A stretch of DNA of 61,648 bases, the filler included, from Hausera hauseri (lineage: Eukaryota): NCBI GenBank assembly GCA_046269625.1. It is 11 parts of 11 records of this genome, joined end to end, with 100 filler letters (N's around TTAATTAATTAA, not from the genome) between each part and the next. Parts side by side here need not be neighbours in the genome. Positions count along the whole stretch, not along the records: positions 47,348 to 52,418 come from JBJURY010345157.1; positions 52,519 to 56,893 come from JBJURY010610776.1; positions 56,994 to 61,648 come from JBJURY010487909.1; 8 more parts are not named here. One strand, 5' to 3'. Under the pieces are notes generated by a model. That model was not told the origin of the DNA. It was given only the letters and a program-made list of their open reading frames with translations, and did no database searches. Shown piece by piece: positions 47,348 to 59,900 of the stretch (position 1 is the first letter of the stretch; the number at the start of each line of letters is the position of its first letter). The translations under genes were made by a program, and so were the position numbers.

Positions 47348-50300
47348 TTCCACTTTTGGTATTCTCTCACTATTCGTGTTAAATGAGAATAATCGTCGCT
47401 AGGTTTTAATTGTTGGTAGTATTGTTCTTCAGGTAATTGTCCATTCAATGAAGAGTTCGATAAGCCCTTTCGAATGGAACCCAATTCGGTTACATTATGC
47501 AATATTTCATCCATTAATTTTCTGCCTTCTATTGAATATCCCTGCATGATTAATAATTTGAAGTCTATGAAGTGGACTGAGTTCCCTTTATTCTCCAGAA
47601 TGGTTTCACTATATATGAAATCTTCACGTTCCCTTTGGGAAGGTTTAGCTACCTCTTGATCGTCGTCCAGCATACAAAATAGTAGTCTGTCACGCAAAGC
47701 GTTTAGATTACCGGAAAATCCTCTGATATTTACTTGTTTCAATTGATTAATCTCTTCGTTATCTTCTTTAGTTAGAGGTGTATCTCTGTTTCTATGTAAA
47801 TAGTTATTCCATAGTACTCAATCTTCTTCCTTTTCCATTTCCTCTATTTCCTCTTTTTCTAGTTCATCTTTTATTGTCATTAACTTGTATGTTAACCACC
47901 AAGTGATCACAAATGAATTGGTTACTTTCTTGTTTACTAGTTCTCTGTTAAAATTCTTGAATAGTCCGATGAATCGTTCTTCTAATTTCTCGGCTATTTC
48001 TTGAGATACATAGGCATCGCATAGTGGAGAGGTTTGTTGTAACAGGGTAAGTATATTTACGACATGGATTCGTGGTGCTTCTTCTCTTAAAAATGAGAAA
48101 GAAAAATTCGTTCTCGTGGGCTTCCTATGAATAGGGGTTTGTATCTCATTACATCTCCGTAAGAGAAATAGTTTAAAATTATCAATTCCCTTTTGGTGTA
48201 AATATTTTCATTGTCATGCGTTAATCCACAGCTCTGCAGGTCCCAATCAAAGGTACGGGCGCGGTATATCAGTCCTGATGGAGAATGTGTATGAAAAGTT
48301 TGATTTGGTATGGGTTGTGTTTTGCAAAGTACCTTTAGGGTTTCTGTTAATTCTTGATGGTCTGAGTATTCTTCCGTCAATCGGTTAGCGTATAAGGATT
48401 CCGGTGGAATTTCCACATTATTTTAGGGAAACTCACTTGATACGCTATCTGTATTGTTAATATTGTTGATTGTTGTAGATTCTCTTTTATTGGAATGTTC
48501 GTTCCAAATGAAAGCTGTGATGCGTATTATCTTCCAAAATCTGTTTGACTCATCATCGTTATCGGAGAGTTTGCCTAGCATAAATAACGAGAATATCCAT
48601 AGTAGTATTGAGATCTACATGGGACTTTGGTGTTGCGGTGTAGTCTCGACTGCGTTTGCTATATTAATCATAGATAGGAAGCATATTGTCACAAAGAATA
48701 ACGTTCCCAATGAGAATGAAGAATAACCTTTTATTCCTGAGGATTTTCGTTTTTATCCTTCTCTTGCAGGTCTTGAATATGCATGGCTCTTGTCTCGTTT
48801 GCAATTTCGTCCAAGTATTTAATACTGTTACCTCCAAACTGTAGTTGATCGATTTTTATTTACTGTTCAGGAGGGAGGTTGCTATCTAGGGTTTGTCCCA
48901 TTCTTCTGTTCCAAGTTCGTTTTACTTCTTCCACTCCATTAATGAGTTCTCTGCCTCCTATATTTAGATTATGGTGTTTATAGATGTTTAACGCTCGACT
49001 GGCGGCTACACAGTCGTGATGTTGGGATTTTTTTGGGCTGGCTAGATCGGGAATTATGTAATATACCTCTTCACAACTTATATTTATTAGAAGTTTATCC
49101 AGTGGTGTCAGTGCATTAGAATCCAATTTTAGATCCTCGCAAAATTATTTTTATTATGGGCCTATATTGTTCATCTGTTATCCAGAATTTTGCATGATAT
49201 TTACCGAGAAAATCTCTTAATTCCGCTACACTACTTATGGGTCCCTTGACTAGTTGTTGTGCGTGATTAATACGTTCTGGAGTGACTAGTAGGAAATTCT
49301 CCAATCGATACCGATTTGCCGCTTCTCTTGTTAAAGGGAGTGGTGGTAGACTTTTCCCTTTTTGTTGGAGTAGTTCAGCATAATTTTGTTCCAATGGTTT
49401 GGTTTCTTTACATTATACTTGCTCAATGCGGTCTGATTTCATTGATCTAAAGCTATTGTTTATTGGTAGTTTCTTTGTTTCATTAGGCTGATATCTTTTA
49501 ATTTCCTCTTTTAGAAATTTAAGATTCTCTTCTGCCTCTTGCAATTTCTTACTTATAGTGGTATAACTTGCAAGTGTCTGGAATTCATTCGCTGTTTGGA
49601 CTCCTGTTAAGTAGGAATAAATAGAAGTTGTTGATATAGGTCTTGATAAGTCTCGTAAGGAGTTACGTGGTGATTTCTTAAGAATACTTCTTATGCTAGA
49701 TACTGTATATGTGCCTGTATTAACTGTTGAGGATAAGGGTACTTGTCTTCTTGTATAGTTATTCGAAAAGAGGTTATCTGCTTCTGCTTCGTCGCTTGTC
49801 ATACTACTTTAAAACATATAATATACATATATCAACAACAGTAAAATTGTGCTACTCCAAGAGTTAGTCGTGGTAGTTGTTGAGATTTGTTGGGCATTCG
49901 CGCATACAAATATTATAAGTAGTATTAAGGTTATCCAAGTTATGGTAGACAAATTAAAAGGATTTCCGAAAATCATTCCAGGAGTATTAGTTGAGGGTGT
50001 TTCTACTATTCAAGTTTGCGTTATTTTTCGAGCTAGTGTGAATTCTGTATTTTGTTCGGTCGTTTGCTTTAATGTAACATAATTTAATGAGGGTGGAACA
50101 GTCTCTTCCCCTGGCTCGACCTACCAGTGATCATTAGGTTGAGGTTTTGCATATTGGTAACCGTCTCACTTAAATATAATTGATCTTCCAATTACTTTTA
50201 GTTTTGCTCCAGTCTGTTTGTATGGACATATAAACCAATGATAAGACCAGAATACGACTCTTGTGGGTTGGTATAACAAGTAATATCTATGTATCCTATA

Positions 50301-50630
50301 GTTAAATCTAATTTCCCACACGCTTCAGGTATATAATGAGTAATTCTTCTATATAATCGTAAATTGATGCGGATCAATGGATTAATGAGATCAAGTTCCG
50401 CATTAACATACTTACCGTATACTTTGACCAATATTGGTGTTAAAAGAGGACAATCGTTATAACTTTGACAATAGTGCATATTATATAGTAGTTCTAACCT
50501 TGTTATTTCGTCTTCTAAGTCATTTATGTTTTTGCGGTATTTTTCCAGATCCTTCGTTTTTTCCAATGAGTTCGTAGCTACGCCCATTACTATGTCATAA
50601 TCTATTAGTGTATCGCGACCTATAATACAG
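47348..50630 (-). pseudogene. decayed long polyprotein-like ORF of unknown retroelement or viral origin
   Basis: Chain of same-strand ORF pieces separated by single stops or frameshifts; retropepsin-like remnants and hydrophobic hairpins. Confidence 0.45.
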
Positions 50631-50694
50631 GGTGTTGGCAGCATGCGCATCCACGCCATCCACGTCATCGCCAAGCTTGGGTAGGGTTGGAAAA

Positions 50695-52418
50695 TACCCG
50701 CCCTCTTGTATGTCTGCTAAATTAAAATTGTATCGTTTGAAATTACTCAGTAAAAAGTAAGCACCAGTTGTAGAAAATTTTTATTGTAATCCAAAATACT
50801 TATTTGAAAACAAAAATTCTAAATTCAAATTATACTTTTAATATTACACTTCTAAATTAAATTTAAAATTTAAAAATGTTTCTCATTTAAATTTAGAATT
50901 TCTGTTCTTGATTATATCCTCACACAGGGAACTGTAGTATTTTCTAATATGTGATACAAGATTTTTGAACTTTTACTTTTCAATTTAGTCACGGCTGTGG
51001 CTACGCCTGTTACTTTCAGCTGGTTTCCGTTTATTAACTTGTGATTTATTTCGCTGCTTTCGATCAATTTCAATTTTAAAGTTTCCATCGTAGTCTTGAT
51101 TGAATAGTTTTTTGCTGCTCCTCTATCTATTGTTGTTTCTATTTTGACTTTGCTTATGGTTATAGTGTGGTTACTGTATTGTTCGATCCATCGTCGATGA
51201 ATGCAGTCATCGTATTCGTGTCATCTAATTGCATTCTACTTCTTAATGTGTATTTGCAAGGTGATGCTCGTTTCAATTTACGTTCTTTAGCTACTGGTCT
51301 GGATCGCTGCAGGCTTATCCAAGAGATTTTATTAGGGTTTGATAGATTCTATAGTTTTAAACTCGATTCGGTCAATTGTAGTATTTTATATAGTCATTTA
51401 TAAGGTCATTTTAGTTTCAGGCTTTCGTCTGGTTTCTAGGTCTCACCCAATATGTTGAATAAGTCTCCAATTCGATATACATGGGGTTTTGCCTTCTTAT
51501 CATATTGATCTTTATAATTTTCTTGGTAGTATTTACTTTTTAGTCCAGCTCTGATCCATGCTTCTTGTAATCTTTCCTGTAGAATTTTTGTGTAATCGGG
51601 TTATTCCATCAATTGTGATTGCGGCGTTCTATATTCCAGATCAATTGGAATAATATACCGTCTACCATATAGTAAGAAGAATGGTGACTCACCAGTTGTT
51701 GCATGGGGACTTTGACGATAAGCATATACACAGGGTTTTATATACAGATCCCAATCAACTTGATGATCACATGCGTAGCTAGATATAATGATTGAAAATT
51801 GTTTATTAACGGCTTCCACAGCGCCATTGGCTTGAGGATGATAAGGTGAGGTAAATTAGTAGTTAACTCCTAATATTGCTAGTACTTTTTCCATAAGTTC
51901 GCTGCAAAACTTACTTCATCTGTCAGATATCATTTTCATTGGGACTCCATATTCGAATATTACGTCATCTACTAGTCTTGTAGACATAACATCCGTAGTT
52001 TGATTTATCAATGGCATCGCTATTGGAAATCTTGAGTGTAATAGATTGCCATAAGTACACATGTATTCCCTCTGGCAGTGGTTGGTAATGGTTCCACTAC
52101 GTCTGCGCCTATGCAAACAAATGGTGATTCTAAAACTGGTACTGGTTCTAGTGGTGTTTTCTCCCTTAAAAATTTTTTCTTCTTTTTGAACATACTTGAC
52201 AATTTGTACACCAATCTTTCACTTCATATGATATCTTTGGCCAGTAATATTTTTGCTTAAGTTTGTCTATGTAGCTTTATAACCTCGGTGTCCACCGAGT
52301 TGTCCTTCATGGTAGTGTAATAAAAGTTTTGCGCACATGTATTTTGGTACAACCATGAGTAGATCTTTGCTCTCCTGATAGTAGATATTTCCTCTATCTA
52401 TTTTATATTTATTATTGA
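50695..52418 (-). mobile_element. Ty3/Gypsy integrase (not clade A), 3' UTR and PPT
   Basis: HHCC (YHEGQLGGH...CQVC), GADVVEPLP, ISDR, YHPQANGAVE, TGESPFFLLYGR; PPT aagagggcgggta at 50707-50695. Confidence 0.88.
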
Positions 52419-52518
52419 NNNNNNNNNNNNNNNNNNNNNNNNNNNNNNNNNNNNNNNNNNNNTTAATTAATTAANNNNNNNNNNNNNNNNNNNNNNNNNN
52501 NNNNNNNNNNNNNNNNNN

Positions 52519-55500
52519 ACCGAGGAAGGAACGCATTTCTGAAGTTGTGCGTGGTAATTGAATGTTTTTCAGTTGAGTGATGCGGTCTTGCTGTGAAGCG
52601 TGTCTGGTTGGAGTAATAATGTGTCCGAGGAAATTGATTTTGTGTTTAAAGAAGGAACATTTTGCGAAGTTTATTTGGAGATTGTTTTGGTGAAGTCGTT
52701 TGAAAACGATGCGTAGATGCTCAGTATGCTGTTTAGAAGATAAAGAGGCAATTAAAATATAGTCTATGTAGGGATATGCGAAGTTGAGGTCTGCGAGGAC
52801 GGTGTCTATATGCCTCTGAAGGGTTTGGGCTGCACTGCGTAAGCAAAACGGCATGTATAAATATTCAAAAGGCCGAAAGGAGTTGTTACTACTGTTTTTG
52901 TGATGTCTACTGGTACTACAGGGATTTGGTGGTATGCCTTATGGAGATCGATGTTTGAGAAAATGGTGGATCCGTGAAGTCTACGTAAAATGTCATTGAT
53001 TAGCGGATCTGCGACGTGGGGATAATGGTCGTACTTTTTGTCGTATGGGTCCCTCGTGTTCTGTGACAGTATGATGGAAAGTATGCATATTTGGTTTAAA
53101 AGCTTTGTCTTTCTGCAACAAACGAGTGCAAGAAGAAGATACATAGGATTGTAATTCCAGTGGGAGTGATGATAAAATGGTTGAGGGTAATGCTGGTGTT
53201 GCGATTTGCTTAGCGTCGGTTAGAGAAAAAGTTGTACTATCAAGACTAGATGGAATTTGGTGCAATATTGTGGAATTGAAAATGGTGTTGCGAGCAGTTT
53301 AGTTAGCAAAAGATGTAAAAGAGTTGACATTATCATATTTGTCAACTGCATTATAGTAATTTCTAAATAAGGGATGATTATAATAATAGTTTCAATTAAT
53401 ATGTGATTTTTTAGAGCAGGTTTACAACCAGTGATCGTCCGTTCGGTCGTCAAAATGATATTCACCTGATTAGAATGTTCAATTTGGTTTGAGTTAATCA
53501 AGCAACAGCGTCTGCATTCCACCAGTAGTTGGTAATGGAACAGGAAGTCTGATCCCAATATAGGAGTTTGGACACTGGCAACTGTGAATGACCAATTGTA
53601 TGTGATTTTGCTGCCTGGCAATGTAAAATTGATGTTGGTAGTGCCGAAGGTATTTAGCGCTGCTCCTGATGCAGTGAATAATTTTTTGTGTAAGTTTGTT
53701 TTGTTATGTACCTCATATTAAGGAGGAAGCAGAGAGACAGCTGCTCCTTTGTCTATGAGGAAGTTGATGTTATGTTTCATTGGAGTAACGACAGTTGTCT
53801 CCAATGTAAAAACTGCAAATGTTGTGTTTCGGCTGTAATTTTGTAAAGTGGAGCCTTTGCTAGAGGTAGCCAATGACTCTATAGGCGTTATTAGTTTTTT
53901 GTTGTGTTTGATTTTGTTTGTTAGTTGAAGATTGTCGATTCTCGTTTGAGTTAAAAGTGCATCCTGGTAAACATTTTATAGCCCTTGTGTTGAATTTAGA
54001 ATGGTAGATGCAGATGTTGTTGCCCGACTTAAATTTAGGTGCAAAGAATTTGAACCCAATGCAACATTTGTGTGAGTTATTTCCAAAATTGTGGTGATAA
54101 TAACAAGTAGACGATTGTACGGGCAATGGTGGTCATCTGTTGCGCAGTGGAGATCTATCAGAATGGGCGGCACGCGGAAAATTCTGTCTGGGAAAAGTCA
54201 GTTGGCTCAACTTATTGTTTATCCTGATAATGGTTTCTAAAAGCGCTTTGTTGTCTGCCTTTAATTGAGTTATTTGCTGTTATAATGCGTTTTGTTGTGT
54301 ATCATTTGGTGTGATGGTTGTAGAGATAAGTGGGGTAGTGTGTATCTGCAATAATTCGTATGATTTGTTAGCTAACTCAGTTAATTTATTGAGATCGAAA
54401 GATTCTTCAACCACGGTTAACGGACTTCTAATTTGTAAGGGTAAAGTGTGGAGAAAATAACATCTTAAAAGATTTGCGCTGTGTTCCTTGTTACTTCAAG
54501 TGCTTTCAAGTTATTTAGAGCTATTTGTAAGAATTGGGAGGGCTTTTGATTGCCTATTGTGTTCTCGTTGAAGCAGCGTTGAATAATGGAGTCCAAAGAA
54601 GGCTCTGTAAGCCTAGGAACAGCGTTGTATAGCTCTTTGTAAGGATCAGGATATTCGAAGAGTTGTAGAAGATTGGGTATTCGCGTTTTGATTGAATTTG
54701 GTAAATAGTAGAAAGGACTATGGGCTTTGGAAGAGATTCAGTGATGTTTGCAGATTGGAGCCAGCAGCAATGAAACTGAAGCCAGGTTTGGCTTGAGTTT
54801 TGACTGTCGATAAAGAATTCAGTACAGTGGTGGCCGAAAGGGAGGCCGGGAGGTGTAACTGTACCGGCGCAGTGTAATATCGGAATAGATTTTGGCTTTT
54901 CAGTAGTGTCGATCAAAGGTGGCGAGTTCATGCCGCCAAGAATTTTGAAATTGATTTGAATTAGAAAGGAAGTCTGTCTGAAAAGGAGAAGATCATAAAA
55001 GTTGTCGATAATGTAACCACTGTAGGATAAGAAAAAGGTAGAAGTGCCTAAAAGGTTAGCAAGGTGGTGATAGATATGTGTTGTGTGTGGTATGTTCTTG
55101 CATGTGTGTATGTTTCTTTATTGATTAAAAAATGGAAGGAAAGATAGGGGTATTTGCGACAGGTGGATTTTGTGGCGCGTAACGCAAACAAGCCCGGCGC
55201 TACGACAGCACTGGTGCGACAGCCCGGCGCGCGGCACTACCTCGCCGGCGTGGCAACCTCTGGGTGGCCGAACCTCCGTAACCGGGTCCGGCAGCCGCTC
55301 GACGATCGATGTAATGAAAGATATTGTGGGTATCCAACTCTGCCGATCGTATTAAATCATGGATTAGGATGAAATTACTTTTTTGTTTAAGAAACAATGC
55401 AATAATAATCGTGCCGTATCGGTGAATCACCTGCAAAACGTCTTTCGACAAGTCGGTAATTGGTGCTGATGTATTGGAAAGCAGATGAGTTGCAGCACAA

Positions 55501-55800
55501 CTGAATATGGAATTGGTAGTATTGTCTTTTGTCAATGGAACGGTTTGTGATTTAGATAAACTGCTGATTAGGTCTGATATCGAGTCTGTAGACTTGTTGA
55601 GCAGATTGCACTGCTGCATGTAGGCGATGCAGTCACTGGAAAGTATGGCGCTGTACATATACACTTGGTATGCTGCCAGAATATCAGAATCATGGTTTGC
55701 AATCAATGAGTTTAGTGCATCGTTTTTGTCTTTCAAGGAATTCAGATGTGGGAAATTTTTTGTCGAATCATTACTACGTTTTGATGACATTGCTTCATCA
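52519..55800 (-). mobile_element. Ty3/Gypsy clade A copy 5 (5' module, UBL-gag, PR, RT)
   Basis: INFKILGG|MNSPP; twin zinc fingers; FLIDKGA; IDLHKAYHQIP; YIDY. Confidence 0.9.
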
Positions 55801-55814
55801 GTGTTTGTGAACGT

Positions 55815-56800
55815 ACCTTTACGGATAGTTGAATCATTGCCGTTGTCGTAATAGCCTCTGAAAGCCCAATAACGAGGACAAAGCGTACGAATTCCAATAG
55901 GACCAAGAAGCTCTTTCTCTGCTAAGCCCAAAGCATGCCATGCGTTTTCAATTTTAAACAGCGGTGGTGCAACAGTCATCGCAATCGCAAAATTTGGTCT
56001 GAATTGATTGTCAGTAAATCTTGTACAGAAATTTACAGTGTCTCGATATATACCGCGATTATGTGCGAAATAAGAATGCGTTGCGTTAAGTGGAATAAAA
56101 ACATATCATCGAAAAATTCTTTAATATTAATGTACCAGTCGGTCCAAGTAACTAACCACGATATTGCACTCGTGTATGAGGATAAATTCCAGTCAGCTGA
56201 ATGCCACCAAGCCATTCTAAAACAGCGCCGCACAATCCAAGAATTTCGACGTTACTACTATCTCATGGAGTAGATGGGACGCCTTTGTTTCCTTTTTTAT
56301 TACTGCTATTCATCCTACCTATCCATGTTCCGCTATCGTGGACATTTTCACAATATGGAAACTTCGTTGCATTGCGTATTTCAGCTGTCACTGTGAAACC
56401 TTCCCATTTCTTATGTTCATCGGTACTTTTTTTAGTATTGCTTTCCAAAAAGTCAATTGCATCAGCATGCCTCGGCGGAATTTCCTGAATGACATCGATT
56501 ACCGTTTGTTTAGCAATGTATTTTCCATCCGAGTTGTCATTAGGGGACATTCTTACACTTGGCATTTTCAGTATGCTGACTCTATTGCTATTTAATTGCT
56601 TTTGTGATAATTCATAATCTTTTATCAAATACAGCCAGAACCAAGTAGCGTCACACGCGTTATATCTTGATGTAAATTCAACACCAGGCAAGTTCGGAAG
56701 AAGTCCGTATCGAACGGTTGCCCCATAAGTAAAAATAATCTGACAAGCGTCCTCGAATCTGTTAGTAAAGAATAGTAGACCACCATAAAGATAATCAATT
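55815..56800 (-). pseudogene. AGL: glycogen debranching enzyme, C-terminal glucosidase region
   Basis: RYGLLPNL...RYNACDATWFWL...GTW...GVPSTP*DSSNVEILGL...QFRPNFAIAMTVAPPLF...LLGPIGIRTL; intronless, with a stop and frameshift. Confidence 0.9.
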
Positions 56801-56993
56801 GTGAGATAACCAAAGCATTCATGACAAAAATGGCTAATCACGCAGACAAATGTGTACAAGATTGGTCCACCATATGCACTGGACATAAAAATGNNNNNNN
56901 NNNNNNNNNNNNNNNNNNNNNNNNNNNNNNNNNNNNNTTAATTAATTAANNNNNNNNNNNNNNNNNNNNNNNNNNNNNNNNNNNNNNNNNNNN

Positions 56994-59900
56994 TCAGCCC
57001 GTTTCTTGTGGATTCATTTATTTTATCGACGCCGACGAAAAAATGTCGAAACGACGCTGGCAGTTCATATGAGTTCCAAATGTCATCTCAGAGCTATGAT
57101 AGCCCGGAACAAGACAGAGCCATCGATGATTTGGGTGAGAAATTGAGCGTCACCGCCTCTGCTGCATTGCATCCCTTTTCTTTTCTTATAATTCCCAACA
57201 ATAAACATGTTTACACATTGGGGGTTGCATACAAACATACGGCACACATTCTTTATTCTGCATTGTCCTCCTTTTTCGGTTCCTCCGATTTTCATTCCAT
57301 ACACAATGGCCTGACTCTGTTACCTTCCGACTCTGTCATCTTTTGCAACTGAAAAAAGTCAATGATTCTCACTATCCATTTTCGTATCCATGGTGGATCA
57401 GAACCTGACCATTCTGCCGACAATTTAACCAAAACCAGATATGGTCGTCGTCCTGCTGACTCCACACCAAATACATCTCCAAATCTCCCTTGCATGGATT
57501 TTTTTCTCGACAGGATGAATTCGAGTCGTACATGGTTACAATTCCATTTGCAATTGCGGGCGAACAGTTTGCTGCTATTACTTCCAACTAATATCAAGCA
57601 GCAAATCAACCATCTTGCTGACATACTTACTTCTGCAAGCCCATATGATATGCTTTATTAATCAGTTCTGCATATCATTGACCCTTCCATTGACAGCATA
57701 ATTCAGAAATACTATAATGAACACGCCATCGGAAATCAAAAACCGTCGGATTTCCTTAAAACTGAAATCTTGCAATTGAGCTCCTTGGGCGTCACTCCCT
57801 TAAACAATGGTGATCTTCTTCGTTGGTATTTTCTTTCATCCTTGCCAACTTCAATCAGAGCGCTGCTCACGGTAGTAGACGACTCAAGGACCCTCGAAAA
57901 GCTCGCTTTATTGGCAGACAAAAGTTTTGACATTTTGCAATCTAATGATTCACAAACAGTAGCTGCAGCAACCGCTCATACACCATTACACACAGATAAC
58001 ACTTCATTTTCACAACAATTTCAAATGATGCAGCAACAGTTTGACGAGTTACAGCAGTCGATTCTAGCCATTACTACCAAACTAAATAATCTTAATAAGC
58101 CTCGACGAAGCGAAAGCAGACCCTCAAGGAAGAGAAGCATTTCCAGACACTCTGCTCAATCCATTTCGCCTGACGGACGCATGACTTGCTTTTATCACGT
58201 GCGATTTCGAAGGGATGCAAGGAAATGTTTTTTTGGTTGTTGGTTTTATAGCGAACGGTAAGCTGTGAACAACCCCATTTGCGTCTATCACAATACGTTT
58301 CAGTCACGCGCTAGATCATGTGTGCCTGGTTGTAAGCATTACAACGATAAATCTTCTCGCTTTTTCTCCTCCCCTTCCTTTTGTCCAAAACCTTCAAAAA
58401 ACTAATAACGCCACCAGATGCCACGGCGCATTCTGGTATAGGCAATGTCGCTTAAACTTCTGGCCATTTCGGTACCGCCTTTGCAGTCTTTCTGTTGAAA
58501 GCTGAACTGTTATTGGGAGACACCTCACACATAAATTTCCTCATCGATTCAGGAGCTGCCTTTTTACTTCTTCCTTTGTCTTTCGCTCCTACATCTAACA
58601 CAGTTTTCTCTCTTCCACTCTTCACTGCCTGTGGTCAACCCTTGAACATTGTAGGTACCACAAAACTATCTTTAACATTCTCTAACCTACCAGGGAAATT
58701 CTCCTGGAAATTTCACATAGCTAATATCAGATCGCCCATTATATGCTCCGATTTCCTGGCGGCATACGATTTGTTAGTCGACTGTAAGCATAGATGTTTC
58801 ATGCGTAGAAACTCCGTTGCAAATACCAACCAAGGCTCACCAAACGACCAGTCAGACACCTTGTATTCCTCTGTTCATTCAAATGTCAAATTCACATGGT
58901 GCTCATCGGCTGATAAAAACACGCTTAATAATTCATCGATATTTTCGATTTCGTCAGGTGAGAACAAATCAATCTTGAAACAATCGGTTGAACCAAATGT
59001 CATTAATAAAGTGTTTCGTGATTCTACATCAATTATAGCTACTGACTCTTCCACTAATATTCCCTCATCATTCTTATTGCTGGAATCTAATCTTAAATCC
59101 TACATCAAAACTCCTTGCTTCCGCACTCTTAAGAAAGACACCAACTTCAAGCCGCATTCTACAACTTATTACCACATAGTCACCGAACACTAAAGACCTA
59201 TCAGACAAAAGGTAAGGCCACTGTCACCTCGCAGACGAAAAGCCGTTGAATTAGAGTTCAATAAACTCGAAAAGGCTGGCATTATTCGAAGATCCAAATA
59301 ACCATGGGCTTCACCATCGCATGTAGTAACAAACAAAGATTGCACTTACAGACCATGTGGTGACTATGGGCAGTTAAATAATCTAACAATCCTGGATGCT
59401 TACTCTCTACCTCTCATAAATGACATCCTGCACAGTCTTACCAACACTAACACTTACTCCACAATTGACTTGCTTAAAGCACAACATCAAATTCCGGTTG
59501 CATTTGATGATATTCCAAAAACTGCTATTATTACTCCATTTGTCCTCTTTATGCCATCTTTATGCCACTTGGTTTACATAGTGTTTCTCAAACTTTCCAA
59601 CGGCACATTGATACCGTACTCTCAGGATTTGACTTCGCTCATCCATACATTGATGACACATTACTTGCTTCTACGTCTGTCAAACAACATCAAGAACACC
59701 TTCGTATTATCTTTCACAGACTACATAAGAGCAGTTTGCAAGTCAACTTCTCCAAGCGTCATTTCTTTCAAAAACGTGTAAATTTCCTAGATCATGTCAT
59801 CACTCCTCACGGCCACTCTCCACAACCGGATCGACCAAGACAATTGAAGAATATAACTCTACCAACGACTACTACGGACATGAAAAGTTTCTTATGCACA

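Noticed and set aside
55200-55979. 259-aa ORF as a single gene
   Set aside because: It is a chimera of AGL sequence, the LTR-like interior and the GC-rich block.
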